Of a stretch of DNA of 64,000 nt, positions 1 through 13,514 are shown piece after piece. Source of the stretch: Octopus vulgaris (taxonomy: Eukaryota); NCBI GenBank assembly GCA_951406725.2, contig OX597818.1:16120001-16184000 (forward strand), read 5' to 3'. Every line of letters starts with the position of its first letter. Position 1 is the stretch's first letter. The translations under genes and the position numbers were made by a program. A model generated the notes under the pieces. It saw only the letters and a program-made list of their open reading frames with translations. It was not told the origin of the DNA and did not search any database.

Positions 1-1080
1 GATAGAGAAGAATTGGAGTGAGGTTACGAGCAGAGTGGCATCCATAACCCAGATCTGGATTAGGGATGCCGTAGCTAAAGATGCGCAGGCATGTACTGAG
101 GTTGCGGCATCTCTGGCTCTACCTGGATGGTGGTCTACGTTTGTTGATGAGATATTTCCCAGGTTCACCTCTTTTGGTGAACTACAATGCTGAATCAGGC
201 GTAGACCAAGGCTGGGAGCTTGAGAAGCAGAGTGTCGACAGGCGCTTGTGCTTCTTTCCCGAACGAGCAATGCCTGTGGAGGGGGTATCACCTCGGTTTA
301 CAATAGAGGGCTGGTAGAGGGCAAGTGCGATGACGTCCTGGCGGAGACTCTGGGTTTCGATGAAAGTCATCTTGCCAACCTGCATCGAGGGACTTTCGGT
401 CCGGGACCTATGAACAACTTCCAGAAGTCCCTGGCTTGGCTGTGCTTCCGAAATACCTTGTCAATTCGGGATAAACTCGCGAGGCACAACGTCACGGTTT
501 CGCCTACGTGCCCACGTTTGGGGCAGAGCAACGAAACTGTTCTGCATGCAATCGTACAGTGTCCGAATCTCTCGGACCTGCAGGTTTCAACCGTCAGCTG
601 AATCGATTATTAAGATCGTTCCGCCGTCTTCTCTAAAAGGAGAAGAGAAATTCTGCTTTCTAGCCGTAATAGGTATAGCGAAAGAGATGATATGGAAGAC
701 GCGTGGAAGAGGTGTCGTATCGGTACCTTCGTCTCCGGGAATGCCTTGGTTAACCTCTTTTTATATCACCTAAGAAAGAATGCATGTCTGGAGAAGAAAA
801 GCCTGACATCAAAAAGGTATGGAGAAAGACGGAAGTAAGTAGCCCGAATGTTGGGTATGTAAATGCCTAATTTAGCGGGGTGGGGGGGCGAAGTAAACGG
901 TTCAACACAGGAATGTTGGTGGGGTGAAACCCATTCCGCGTCCATTCTTTCTTTTATTTTCATCCAAAATTATAATGTAAGTTATTCACTATATGAAATC
1001 TCATCCGAAAAATCCCCGACACCTATTTGTCCCATGTATTGTTCCCTCTTTGTTTAACCCTTGTGGTTTGAATAAAATCA
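1..1080 (+). mobile_element. 3' fragment of L1/Tx1-type LINE (C-terminal ORF2 with zf-RVT-like Cys/His motif), decayed
   Basis: LAWLCFRNTLSIRDKL...TCPRL...ETVLHAIVQC; frameshifts and stops; AATAAA near 1071; homologous to 45330-46070. Confidence 0.75.
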
Positions 1081-1084
1081 TCGT

Positions 1085-2456
1085 GCTAGTTTCACAGTTC
1101 GTGTGTTGATAGTTCAAAGTTGGAGTTCAAAGTTCACAGTTCGTGTTAGTCTGTTGGATTGTTGGTTCTTAAAAATTATTGTTACGTTCCGTGTGGTTAC
1201 TGCTATTTATTTCAATTATATTGTTATAGCACTGTTGCAGTGTATTCATTTATCTATAAGGATATAACAGTTACCATCTGACAAGGTGGCTCGCTTGGCC
1301 CTAAAAATATCTTTGACTATAGAGAATAGGCGCTCAGCTGCAGCACTGGATGGGATGGCGGTGTTATACTTGGTGAACAGGTCGATCAAGACCTGTTCAC
1401 CCAAAAAGGCGACTTCAGTAAGGACTTCCTTCGAGACAAGCTTCCAGCCAGGTCTTCGCCAAGTTCTGCGCCTTGGACTTCAGTGACCTCTGGCTCCTAA
1501 TCTCCCGGAACCGAGTGATGTTGCTGAAGAAATCATCTTCTTCATCCTCATTGTTGGTGGTGCTGCTGCCCTCATTGGTCTCCATTAGGGTCTCTATGGC
1601 GTTCGTTACTCTGCTAACCTGGCTGTTATACTGCTCCAACCAGAACAGGTGAAACTTGGGGTGAAAGGCAGCGGCCAGTTAGCACTCCAGATCTTCTAGG
1701 AGGAGCCCAAACCTTTTCGTGATGCCTGCCAGTATCACGTCTACCAGAGGGCTGCAGTATAGATGTTTGAACTTGACCTCCTTCAACTTCATGATGGTAG
1801 CCGCTACAGTTGGCAGAAGGCTCCCGAGATAGGTCTGGTCCTTCCGCTGGATTTTATCCAAGGCCTTGGCAACATTAGACGTCACCTGGGCGTACTCTCT
1901 CAGGAAGCCGACATCAGAATCAGAGAAGGTCCGCAGATTCAGCTGTATTATCACTCTGTGGACAGCTCCCCTATTCTTCTCCAGCAGGCTGTTGAGGAAA
2001 ACAGAGTCATAAGTAGAGTTCAATCTGGTACCGTTGGGGATCACTACCCTCCTTTTCAACGCGTCCAGAATGCTATCTGGCACCACCGAGTCGCGGCTCT
2101 GCAGATTCCACAGCCGCTGTGTCTTGGACATGGCCTGCCTGTCGGCCGACTTGAATGAGCCGCTGTCAAGAGCCTTGTCGGCATCCATGCTAGCTACTTA
2201 GTTGAAGGTATGGACAGCGCATTTCATGTCAGGCCTCTGGACTCGTCAAGGACGGCATGAACAGAGGTGTAATCAACTTCATCCACATCCCCAGCCTCGG
2301 GATCCACGTCCAGGTCCATATCCTCGACGCCCTCTATGTCCGGATAGGCAGTAGCCTCAGGAATGTCTGGCAAGAATTCAATTTTTGTACCAACCTGCAT
2401 AAATGCCTTGACAAAATTTTTGCCATTGTCCATTGTCCATAGACCGACACATGCGC
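1085..2456 (-). mobile_element. hAT transposase fragment (pseudogenised)
   Basis: TMDNGKNFVKAF (first catalytic D region) near 2410-2440; C-terminal dimerisation motif [35 protein letters not shown] near 1270-1380. Confidence 0.85.
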
Positions 2457-2457
2457 G

Positions 2458-4493
2458 GGAAACAAGCTTCTTTATTTCATTTAATTTGCCACAAGGGCAG
2501 CACACAGATAGAAGCTTGCGGGTTGGACACAGACATTTATGGGATGAATGATAATGATTCAAGGATGATAAGGATGAGGGAAGACGAAAAGCGCCCGCCG
2601 ACTTTCGCTTCTCTAAAACATTGTTCTTTTTCTTTTTTCTTTTATTTTCTATAAAACACAAGGAGGCAATAAACCTCTTACATAGTTCAGAATTCTTTCT
2701 TTTTTTCTTTTTAGAGCACAATATTAAAAAAAAAGTCACATACACGAGGCAATAAACCTCTCATTTTTTTTACATTTTGTAGACTCTTTTTGAGTCCAAA
2801 CGTCCAATACTTCAAGTTTTCCGCCCGACCAGGCTCCTTGCTTCATCGAAGCATCTACCTGGTTCCAGGCCGGGCTACACAGCCATATATCTATAGGAGT
2901 CCGCTGGGAAGGAATTCATGATCCTGCACATAAGACCTCCGCAGCCACCTGCGAAGGCCACTCAGGGTCCTCCGTGCAGGACAGAAGCCCCTCCCACCGG
3001 CCCTTCCTTTTAATTTTTTTAATTTCATTCTGCACAGTTCCTCCCTTGTGGAAGAGGACCACAAATTCATCCTCCAGCGGCACACCCACCGATGGAGAAT
3101 CGGGACACGCCGGCAGCGTGTCACAACCCGCCGGCAGCGTGTCACAACCCGCCGGCAATGTCCCGTTTTTCTTTTTTCTTTTCTTTTTCCCTTGGGCCAC
3201 GGGAGGGGGGTTCCTTTGGTGTGTACAACAGGTCCTCCTTTTCTCCCGCAGCCCTCGGGTCCTTCGGTGGGCAACGATTATTGCTCACCTTTCGCTTTCG
3301 TTTTCCCGAGGAGGTGGAAACCTCGTCGTCATCCTCCTCCTTCTCTCCCTCCATTGAGGGAGCAGGGAGTGATTCCTCTATTAGCTGCTCCAGGATCCTA
3401 TTTTGGTCCTTGGGTCAGTTTTTCTTGATGTGGCCAGTCTCCAGGCACAGGTGGCACTTGGGGGGAGGGCGTCCCTCGAGCATCACCGGATACCTAGACT
3501 CGGCCATCCTCAAAAAATCTGGAAAAACCAGACTTTCGGCTGATTGGGTCCTAGGGTCAAAACAGCTTTTGACCCCTCCCAATCAGCCGCAGGCAAAATT
3601 TTCACATTGAGTAGCTTGGTACTGCTATCACCCAGACCCCGGCGGATAGAGTCCTCTATCCACTCGGGCTCAATTCCGGGTGGCAAACCGCAAATCCAAG
3701 CCCTCTTTAACTTCTTCCCACAATAACTGGGAAGAAACATAATTTCCTTGCCCTCCAGGGGCTGGCTTGCAAAATCGCAAGCTTCTTGGGGGGGGGGGGT
3801 CAAATAGCAACCAGACCGTTGCATATTTGACTCTCCGTGAAATAAATGTAATGGCTGGCATGTACTCTGCCAGCTCCTTCAGAATTGTGGCATTCGGGAA
3901 GACAGTTATGGTATCTAGCGACTTTGAATAAGTCCTCAATACCACCGTCTTCCTTTCGAGCTCTTTTATCCATGTTTTGGGAGGTGTTAATTCCCACACT
4001 GCTAATTCCTTTGCCATTTTAACAAAAGTTTAAATACAGTTCAAAATAGAGTGTAAAAGGAAGAAAGACACAAAAAAAAAACAAAGAAAGACATAACAGA
4101 AGGGAAGAAAAAAATAAAAATAACAGTTCAAATAAAGTTCTTTTTTTTTTTAAATAAATGATAGCTGTGAAAAAGAGTTCAAATCCTGGCAAAGAAATTA
4201 ATTTTCGGCCGAAAGGTACTCCTGGCCAATAATCCACAGATAATTCAACAATTTCTCACAATTATGTGATAACACACACACGTCTCCACTGCAAGGCAGA
4301 CAAAAAGCTCTGAATCCAGTAAGGACTCCTTGCTTGTTCAAAAAAGTTAAACCTACAGGCAACAAATCCTACTGGACTCAAACAGCAAAAAGTCTTACCT
4401 TACGGTAGAGCGTCTTTCAATTCAATTTTCGCCAGCTGCACACCAGCGTGACGACTTCAAGGGTACAGAGAAGAACACTGAACAACTGGAACC
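2458..4493 (-). mobile_element. ORF1-only (HAL1-like) L1/Tx1-derived non-autonomous retroelement
   Basis: Frameshifted ORF from 4017 to about 2890 with gag knuckle CHLCLETGHIKKN*, then a 3' UTR with AATAAA; no endonuclease or RT; ORF1 resembles that at 46250-46711. Confidence 0.7.
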
Positions 4494-5070
4494 GGAAGCA
4501 AGCTACTTTATTTCATTTAATTTGCCACAAGGGCAGCACACAGAGAGAAGCTTGCGGGATGGACACAGACATTAATGGGATGAATGATAATGATGCAAGG
4601 ACGAAAAGCGCCCGCCGACTTTCGCTTCTCTAAAACATTGTTCCTTTTTCTTTTTTATAAAAAACACAATGAGGCAATAAACTTCTTACATAGTTCAGAA
4701 TTCTTTTTTTTCTTTCTTTCTTTTTAAAGTACAATGAGGCTATAAACCTCGTACATAGTTCAATATTGCAAAAAAAGTCACATACACGAGGCAATAAACC
4801 TCTCATTTTTTTTTACATTTTGTAGACTCTTTTTGAGTCCAAACGTCCAATACTTCAAGTTTTCCGTCCGACCAGGCTCCTTGCTTCATCGAAGCATCTA
4901 CCCGGTTCCAGGCCGGGCTACATAGCCATATATCTATAGGAGTCCGCTGGGAAGGAATTCATGATCCTGCACAGATCATTATCCCATAAGACCTCCGTAG
5001 CCACATGCGAAGGCCACTCAGGGTCCTCCGTGCAGGACAGAAGCCCCTCCCACCGGCTCTTCCTTTCAAT
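4494..5070 (-). mobile_element. 5'-truncated tandem second copy of the same ORF1-only element
   Basis: About 560-bp direct repeat of 2458-3010 (e.g. TTTATTTCATTTAATTTGCCACAAGGGCAGCACAC). Confidence 0.85.
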
Positions 5071-5271
5071 TTTTAAAAATTTTATTCTGTATGGAAGCAA
5101 GCTTCTTACCACACAGCCATGCATATACGAGTTTTTATATAGCAGATCGAATTTTGAAGTCACTTCTTAATAATTGCAAAATTACAATAGCTAAAAATCG
5201 TTACGTGTTAAAGTAACGTCTATTACGCGTTAGAGTAACGACTATTACATGTTATAGAGTAACACATACTA

Positions 5272-5342
5272 TAGAGGGTGTCCAAGAATTAATTATCTAT
5301 GAATTGACTATATATAGATAGTTATTTCTGGTGCACCCTGTA
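5272..5342. mobile_element. Tiny Tc1/mariner-type MITE (hairpin)
   Basis: TA-flanked imperfect TIRs of about 27 bp: GAGGGTGTCCAAGAATTAATTATCTAT versus CAGGGTGCACCAGAAATAACTATCTAT. Confidence 0.6.
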
Positions 5343-6143
5343 AAACAGTTACTTTCCTCCATCGGTGTTTTGTCACAAAAGGAAGAACGATCTCTTCAAT
5401 ACAGGGGTTTTCGCCAAGTCGTTTTTTAGCATTTATACTTGAATTGTCCAGTTTGTTATCCGCCATGGAATATCTCATCAATAACATCTTGGAAAACTGT
5501 ATCCAGAATCTGTACAGCATTTTAAATTAATTTGAACAGTTGAAAGGAGACATCCTTGTAGGGAGGGAACAACATCGTGTAACTTGGTCGGTAAGAGTTT
5601 AAAATGCACATCTTTCGCCTTCATGAAATGTTTTGCGCAATGGTATCGTCTTCAGGTTGTCAAAGTTCAGCTGATACGAATTTCAGGCTAACAATGTTGA
5701 GAAACTGGTCTTTTAAAGAGAAATAAGGGAAGCAGTCATTATCGTATAATTTTCTGCCAATAAATGGCGTCGGGGATTTGAACAAATCCGATTCAAATTA
5801 GGGACCAACGCCCCACAATGTAAAACTGTAGAAATTAATAATTTGAAATAAAAATACAAGTAAATAAAATATGGCGGAAAGAAAGACTGAAATAAATTAG
5901 AAAGATGTAAGAAAGAGCAAGAAAGGAAGAAAAGAAAAAAAAAAACCGTGCTCGTGCGTGTGAATTTATCAAAAATACACAATACAAAAAAAAGAAAGAA
6001 AAATATATATAAAGAAACACCTAAAGCAGAAGACCCAGATGTTTTTTTATTTTGTTTTGTTATTGAATAAACAATCAAGAAAGACCGTGTTCTCTTACAA
6101 TTCCGGTCTGCTACATGCGCACACACATACATACATACATACA

Positions 6144-6202
<59 letters not shown>

Positions 6203-6256
6203 ATCTATCTATCTATCGATCTATCTAATCTATCTATCTATCTATCTATCTATCTA

Positions 6257-6348
<92 letters not shown>

Positions 6349-6431
6349 GAGAGACGGAGAGATTTATTTAAATATATATGTATATACAGTGCTCCAGCAT
6401 GGCCGCAGTCAAATGACTGAAACAAGTAAAA

Positions 6432-6560
<129 letters not shown>

Positions 6561-7104
6561 ATTATGCACACTCATACACAAACATGCACACATATACTCA
6601 TAGAGCCACATTTAAGTATTTATAGATATGGATTAGACTTATCCCATGATTTCCAGAATATCAGTAGGTACTTGTGACAACATTCAACGTAATTGGTTTT
6701 TGGATCTCAAAACTCCACCAATCGATCCATCCACGCACATATTTAGGACATGCATACGCATAGAGGTATATGCGCACACTTACACGCACCCCCCCACACA
6801 TACATACTCTCATCCCTCTCTCTCTCTCTGTTTGTCACTATCTCACTCCCTTTTATCTCTCATCTTTGTATATCTCTCACTCACTCACGTTTCTTCTTTC
6901 TCTTTCACAAATGAAAGTAAATTGATAGAATAAAAACTACAGCGATGCATGCACAGTGACTGCTTTAATCAGGGAGGAAGTACCGAGAATTGAGTACCAG
7001 AGAGTACAAAAGAGAACCAGTGCAGAGTATTTGTATTCTAATATACAGGATTTCTTACCAGTAAGGTTTTTTTTTTATGTAGATGCGTTTTTATTTGTGC
7101 TACA

Positions 7105-7170
7105 ATGCCGTGTGACGAAGCTTTCAATGAAAGCGGTAAACAGCCGGGATTGGAGATCTGGAGAATAGAA
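7105..7170 (+). CDS. Gelsolin/villin-family protein, coding exon 1 (MPCDEAFNESGKQPGLEIWRIE)
   Basis: GLEIWRIE is the gelsolin G1 N-terminal motif; ATG at 7105; donor GTAAGT at 7171, phase 0. Confidence 0.92.
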
Positions 7171-7449
7171 GTAAGTTTTTGTAGTTCCCCTTTGTTTTAT
7201 TTGTTTCCTTCCTTCTCTCTCTCTCTCTCTCTCTCACTTTCTCTATGTTGTTGCTGCTGTTCCTCTTGCTGCTGCCGTTGTTTTTGTTCTTATTGTTTAA
7301 CACACGGTTTGACGCCTAGCAGAACCAGTTGTAATCATCACATTTTTGAGGGGTGCATATCTAGAACTAAATATTCAAGCGTGCATTTTATTTATTTACG
7401 GATGGGAGGTTTGGCTGCTATTTCTAGCAAGTATATTGACCACATAGAG

Positions 7450-7704
7450 CAGTTGTTATCAACCACATTTTATTATGAACCCCTTTGATTCCCATTTTAC
7501 CAAGGGAGGTAGGACTCTCAAAGCCATTCGATGTCTAAAAACTCCTATTATATTTTCATGATTAAATATAATTAAGAATTGTATAAAAATGGTTAAATTA
7601 TTCTGTGTATTGTAGAAACATAAACAGTTTCTTGCACATCAATTTTAACAACAAATCTTATAGGGACCCCCAAAGTCCATATGGACCCCGGTTGAGTATC
7701 AATG
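7450..7704. mobile_element. hAT MITE
   Basis: TIRs CAGTTGTTATCAACC and GGTTGAGTATCAATG; 8-bp TSD ACATAGAG/ATATAGAG. Confidence 0.8.
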
Positions 7705-8101
7705 ATATAGAGAATCATTCGTTAGCTCACCTGCTATGTTTTTGTTATTGTCGTTTTTATTGCTTAACTCTAAGCCAGCTTTGATTCAGCGTCACCCATA
7801 ATCAAAGCCATTCCAGTTGTGGTCATCTTATCTTGTTATTATAGGTGTACTGTACCTTGGACTACATTATCCATTGTGTCTTTCTATTTTCTATCAAAAG
7901 ACGGTCGACTGTCATTTGAGGGACGTTAGGTTGCTGTTTTTAGCTGACCGAGTGAACACACAGGGTCTCCTTTGTTAGGTACCTGCTCGTCGTTGTTACT
8001 GTTGTTCTTGGGCATTCTTTCGTCTCTCGACTTTCCTTATTCTTCTTAATCATGTTATGTATGTATATACCTGGTGTTTGTGTGTGTGTGTGTGTGTGTG
8101 T

Positions 8102-8421
8102 GAAGGCGCGTGGCTTAGAGGTTAGGGTATTCGACTCACGATTGTAAAGTCGCGAGTTCAATTCCCGGTGACGCGTTGTATCCTTGAACAAGACACTTTA
8201 TTTCGTGTTACTCCAGCGCACTCAGCTGGCAAAAATGAATAGTACTTGTATTTCAAAGGGCCGGCCTTGTCACACCGTGTCACGCTGAATCTCCCTGAGA
8301 ACTACGTTAAGGGTACATGTGTCTGTGGAGTGTTCAGCCACAGGTACGTTGATTTCACGAGCAGGCTGTTTCGTTGATCAGATAACTGGAACCCTCGTCG
8401 TCGCAACTGACGGAGTGCCAG
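8102..8421 (+). mobile_element. tRNA-derived SINE (family C-type head)
   Basis: A-box TGGCTTAGAGG, B-box AGTTCAATTCC, ends in (AT)n. Confidence 0.75.
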
Positions 8422-8481
<60 letters not shown>

Positions 8482-8736
8482 AAATCAGTAATAATTTTAC
8501 CAGGTAGCTAGTACGTAAATAAAAAAAAACCTTTTAGGTAAATTTCCCAAATTATTCTATAATTATATACATAATTATAACAAGGTGTCAGCTATATGCC
8601 TCGCCACGTACTGAATTAGAAATAGACGCTAATGTCTTTCTTGCTACCATAAAATCTCCGAGAAAATAACACACTTTTAATGTAGGCAAAAGAAAACTGA
8701 TGAATTAACAATTAATTAGGGACGCGCTTCGAACTT

Positions 8737-8984
8737 AAAAATAGAATAAATGTGCCCTTTTAAAGCCTAGCCAGGCTCATGGGCCCGGTTTCCCGCTTTC
8801 CATGGCGTATGTGCTCCTCACCTGGATGGGACGCCAGTCCATCGCAGGATTACTCATTTTTGCCAGCTGAGTGGACTGGAGCAACGTGAAATGAAGTGTT
8901 TTGCTCAAGAACACAACGTGTCGCACGGTCCAGGAATCGAAACCACAATCTTACAATCATGATGCCGACACCCTAACCACTAAT
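8737..8984 (-). mobile_element. tRNA-derived SINE (family C) inserted in foldback arm
   Basis: Homologous to 33355-33640 and 35740-35972; flanked by TSD TTCGAACTT. Confidence 0.8.
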
Positions 8985-9126
8985 GTTTCGAACTTTAAGT
9001 AAAACATAATTACCTATTGTTCTCTTCAGTTTAATATTCCAGATAAATTCACGAGTGTTTTTAAATATGCATGTGATGTCGCTTGATCGCATGCATATTT
9101 AAAAACACCGTGAATTTATCTAGAAT

Positions 9127-9188
9127 ATTAAGCTGAAGAGAACACTGGGTAATTATACTTTACTTTAAGTTCAAAACGCGTCCCTAAT
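9127..9188 (+). ncRNA. Degenerate type I hammerhead ribozyme (G12 changed to A)
   Basis: attaag-CTGAAGA-GAAC...GTTC-AAAA(for GAAA)-CGCG-TC-cctaat; palindromic stem III ACGCGT. Confidence 0.6.
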
Positions 9189-10273
9189 TAACCACGGCCT
9201 TGTTAATTCATCATTTTTCTTTTGCTTACATTAAAAGTGTGTTATTTTCTCGAAGATTTTATGATAGTAAGAAAGACATTAGCTCTATTTCTAATTCAGT
9301 ACGTGGCGAGGCACATAGCTGACACCTTGTTATAATTATGTATATAATTATAGAATAATGTATGTATGTATGTATATATGTATGTATGCATGCATGTATG
9401 CATGTATGTATGTATGACAAACAGTTGAATGCTGAGAGCATATCCACACTGCAGCGTTACAAAACAATTAATCACCCACAGTAAATCTGATTATGTAGTA
9501 TTGGATTCCCAATTAGACAGGGGTATGGTTTATTCAAAGACTTGGGTCTCCGGATTTAGACCGTGTCTCTTCGGCCTTCCATCTACCTATACAGCAGTGG
9601 TTTGCACAATCAGAGCTGACCTGGGGCTATATGTAGGCTCGTGCGAGAGGGGGAAACAGCTGGGCTACGGAAACTAATTTTTTAAGGGATGAGGGGAACT
9701 TCTGTCTCCGGTTAAAAAAAAAAGGAGGGCCCTTTGGTTAATATTTCTGTTAATTTTTATATAAATCGTTCAACTTCTTTTATTGTATTTTGAAACTTAT
9801 AAGTTTACGTGTAAACCACATTTAGATAATTACGCCCGTATTCCGTACATAAAATTGGTTTAGGACTGATTATTAAAATACTCGATGAGTAGTTTGAGAT
9901 GGAGGCCTGCATTTTATATCTTGCCCGTATATAAAATATAATTAAGATTCAGTTGAATTAGGTACTTACATTAAGGCACCTTGCTAGTTCGGTATAATCT
10001 GCACACCGCAACAATATTATTTGAATATTGAATATCAAGACTCCGTGTAGGGACACTTGTACCCAATATTCCTGTCGTGTGTATGTAGACAACGCAACCC
10101 AGCTAAGTGAAGATATCCGCTCTTGGTAATTCAGACATATACGTTTCATAAAGGCACTTTCTACAGTATTCCCGAATACACCTGTACGTATATATGCATG
10201 CATACACTCATGCACATATATAATATAATATAGTATAATATAATATATGATATGATATGATATAATATAATAT

Positions 10274-10306
<33 letters not shown>

Positions 10307-10377
10307 CGTGTGTTTGTGTGCGTATAAGCATATGCATGCATATATATATATATATATATATATATGTATACATGCAT

Positions 10378-10442
<65 letters not shown>

Positions 10443-10767
10443 TATATACATACATACATGTACATACTTACACGTATATGTATATACATATGCATATATG
10501 GGTACAGGACGTCAAAAAACGTAAACATGAAAAACGAGAACACGAAATACGAAAACACGAAGAAGGAACTTTTTTTGCGAACAACGAAGAAACGCATAGA
10601 AAAAAAAGAGAGGCAACATAAAGAACAACCCCTTCATCAGTTGTCCGCTGTTTTATCTACTCCGCATTTCAAGCACTAGGACAAGATGCGTCTTCGTCAA
10701 AATAGTTGCTCCCGCAAAACAAATTAAATAAAAACTGGGATTTGCGGAGAGTCATATATATATATGA

Positions 10768-11142
10768 ATGACTGCGGCCATGCTGGAGCACCGTCTTAAG
10801 TCGAGCAAAGCGACCCCAAGACTTATTCTTTGTAAGCCGAGTACTTATTCCATCGGTCTCTTTTGCCGAACCGCTAAGTTACGGGGACGCAAACATACCA
10901 GCATCGGTTGTCAAGCGATGTTGGGGGGGACACAGATACATAAACACACACACACAAACACACACACATATATATAAATATATACGACGGACTTCTTTCA
11001 GTTTCCGTCTACCAAATCCACTCACAAGGTTTTGGTCGGCCCGAGGCTATAGTAGAAGACACTTGCTCAAGGTGGCACGCAGTGGGACTGAAATCGGAAC
11101 CATGTGATTGGTAAGCAAGCTACTTACCACACAACCACTCCT
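10768..11142 (-). mobile_element. tRNA-derived SINE (family A)
   Basis: Near-identical to 39020-39435 and 60140-60565; A- and B-box head on the - strand. Confidence 0.85.
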
Positions 11143-12068
11143 GTCTGATTCCTTTGTGTTTTATCTCCATGCTGGGAGATTAATGAGAAACACATGACCG
11201 CCAAAGGCCTTTGCTGCTCATGGAAGGGTCAGTCCATTGTTTTAGGCTTGACCAACTTCCTGGCCGTACTCTATATAACTGAGATTATATCTCTCTCATC
11301 CTTTTCGGTTAGCAGACCTCCAACCAGGCTCAATTGGTTCATAGTACAGCATAGCATCGACCGAATGGAAAGGAACAACATACTCTTTCTTCCTCTCTGT
11401 CAGCAGAACGCACAGATCACACACTACCAACTACTAGCGAGCTATCAGCACTACTTTCAATTACTACTATGTGTATTTAGCTAACAGCTGCTGGCAAATA
11501 AATTGGAGAATATTATTCCTTTTCTCTTCGATGTTTCATCCTGCTTTCGACGCGGCACAAGTGTATTTCAACGTCAAGTAACTTTTCATTTGTACGATAC
11601 GATTGGTACCTCCGACATGAGAACCTTACATTCGTACACTACATATGGTGACCCTTTACATCTTACCACTACATTTAGTAACCCCGATGTATACTGACAC
11701 CTGAGTGTTACACACACACACAGACACACACACATGCACGCACGCACGCAATTAAATCCAATTAAAGTTTTGAAATCTCTATTGCATCTATGAAAAAAGA
11801 TTCTTGGTCTTCAATATAAAGCAGAAGGCAAAAGTTAAAATGTAGTTTTGTGTGTGTGTATGTGTATGTGTGTGTGCGTGTATGTGTGCGTGTGTGCTCG
11901 CGTGTATTTATACATACATACACATTCACATACACACACAAACACACACATACACACAGCATACACATATATCCACGTGGTCTATCTAAAAGAAAATAAA
12001 ACTTTTAAAGCGCCATGACAACCAACCGGTGCAGTAGTCTCCCTCTATTTCCCCCCTCTCTCTCTTTA

Positions 12069-12108
<40 letters not shown>

Positions 12109-12571
12109 GCAAGATGTGTGTGTGTACGGGAATATAATTTATGCACGTCCACAAATTAGCACACATGTCGCTCCAATTTTAGGAGGACATTCGTCACGAT
12201 CCTAGCTGTATTTTCGTCAAATTATTTTCCCCCGAAGCACCAGCGAATAGCAGTAAAAATAAATTTTCGACCATAACTTAACAATATTCACGGCAGAGAA
12301 ATCAACCATTGTTTACAAACATGAGTTAAGTCCCCTTCTAGCGACGGTGTAAAGAGAGGGAGGGAGGGAGGGAGGGAGGGAGGGAGAGGGAGAGAGATAT
12401 AACAGATTTTTAAAATTTCGTCTTTTTACTGAGTGATTGACAGATAGGGGTTGTTATGTATGTATGTATGTATGTATGTATGTATGTATGTATGTATGTA
12501 TGTATGTATGTGTGAATGGCTTCAGTCACACACACACACGATCATGTATGCGTACAAAACACATGTATGCA

Positions 12572-12620
<49 letters not shown>

Positions 12621-13204
12621 GCCCGTATATATATAAACACAATATAAACGATATTCTCCGTTTCTCCACAACTAATTTCCAAATTAGCTGAATCCGTTGC
12701 TCTACTCATAGCGATATATAGCTAGTCGTGCGTGAACATGGGAGAGAGCAGAGGTTACTAGAGCAAAAGCCCGACGTGTTGACTGTAGACATGCTCTTTC
12801 GCAAACGATCAGCTATTATTTTGTAAACAATGTTTTGAAACTGTCCATGTTTTCGAAAGGAGAGATCTGACTCTTTTCAACCAGAACGTCTACCAATTTT
12901 TATGTATTTTGTTCAAACTTGATGCCAACATTACTTAGAACTCATGGGATCTTTGAATGCTTTAAGTTCTCCAAAAACAAAAAACAAAAAACAAAACAAT
13001 CGATGAGTGGAAAGAATCGATAAACCGATTCCTTATAGGATTTCCCAATCAAATTGTCTGCAAAATTTCAGCCAAAAGTTTACCAGTTACAACGGATTTC
13101 ACTCAAATTTGACGTCGATCTTACTTAGTTTGCTTTGAAATAAAGAGCTTGATTAGCTTAATAATCCTAACTTAATCCTGAGCAAAGCCGGACTATACTG
13201 CTAG
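12069..13204 (+). mobile_element. Non-autonomous Helitron
   Basis: Starts A|TC followed by (TA)n-AAAGGC; ends with GC-rich subterminal hairpin CCTGAGCAAAGCCGG then CTAG|T; no TSD. Confidence 0.7.
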
Positions 13205-13301
13205 TATATATGTATATATATATTTTTAAAGTTTCAGCTCAGAGCTGTGGCCATGCTAATGCACCGCCGTTATATATAATTAATATATAATATATAATTA
13301 A

Positions 13302-13369
<68 letters not shown>

Positions 13370-13514
13370 AAATGGAAAGATGAATTATCTTGTTACGGAT
13401 TGCTCAAAAGTTTAACCGATACCTGGGTAGCAAAAATCACAGCAGAAAAAACACGGTTGGAGACATGACCATATGGTGTTACAACCGTGCGTTGGCGCGG
13501 ATAATTGAAGTTTA

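Larger units (their letters stand above)
8551..9359. repeat. Long foldback inverted repeat (arms about 280 bp) with hammerhead remnants in both arms
   Basis: Arms are reverse-complementary around a loop at about 9078-9085; left arm interrupted by a SINE. Confidence 0.9.

Noticed and set aside
2458-5070. Direct repeats flanking a gag-like ORF as possible LTRs
   Set aside because: No TG...CA ends, PBS or PPT; the repeat includes the ORF end and poly(A) signal, which fits tandem non-LTR copies.
8102-8180. tRNA-like A and B boxes as a tRNA gene
   Set aside because: Continues into a SINE body; no complete cloverleaf was verified.
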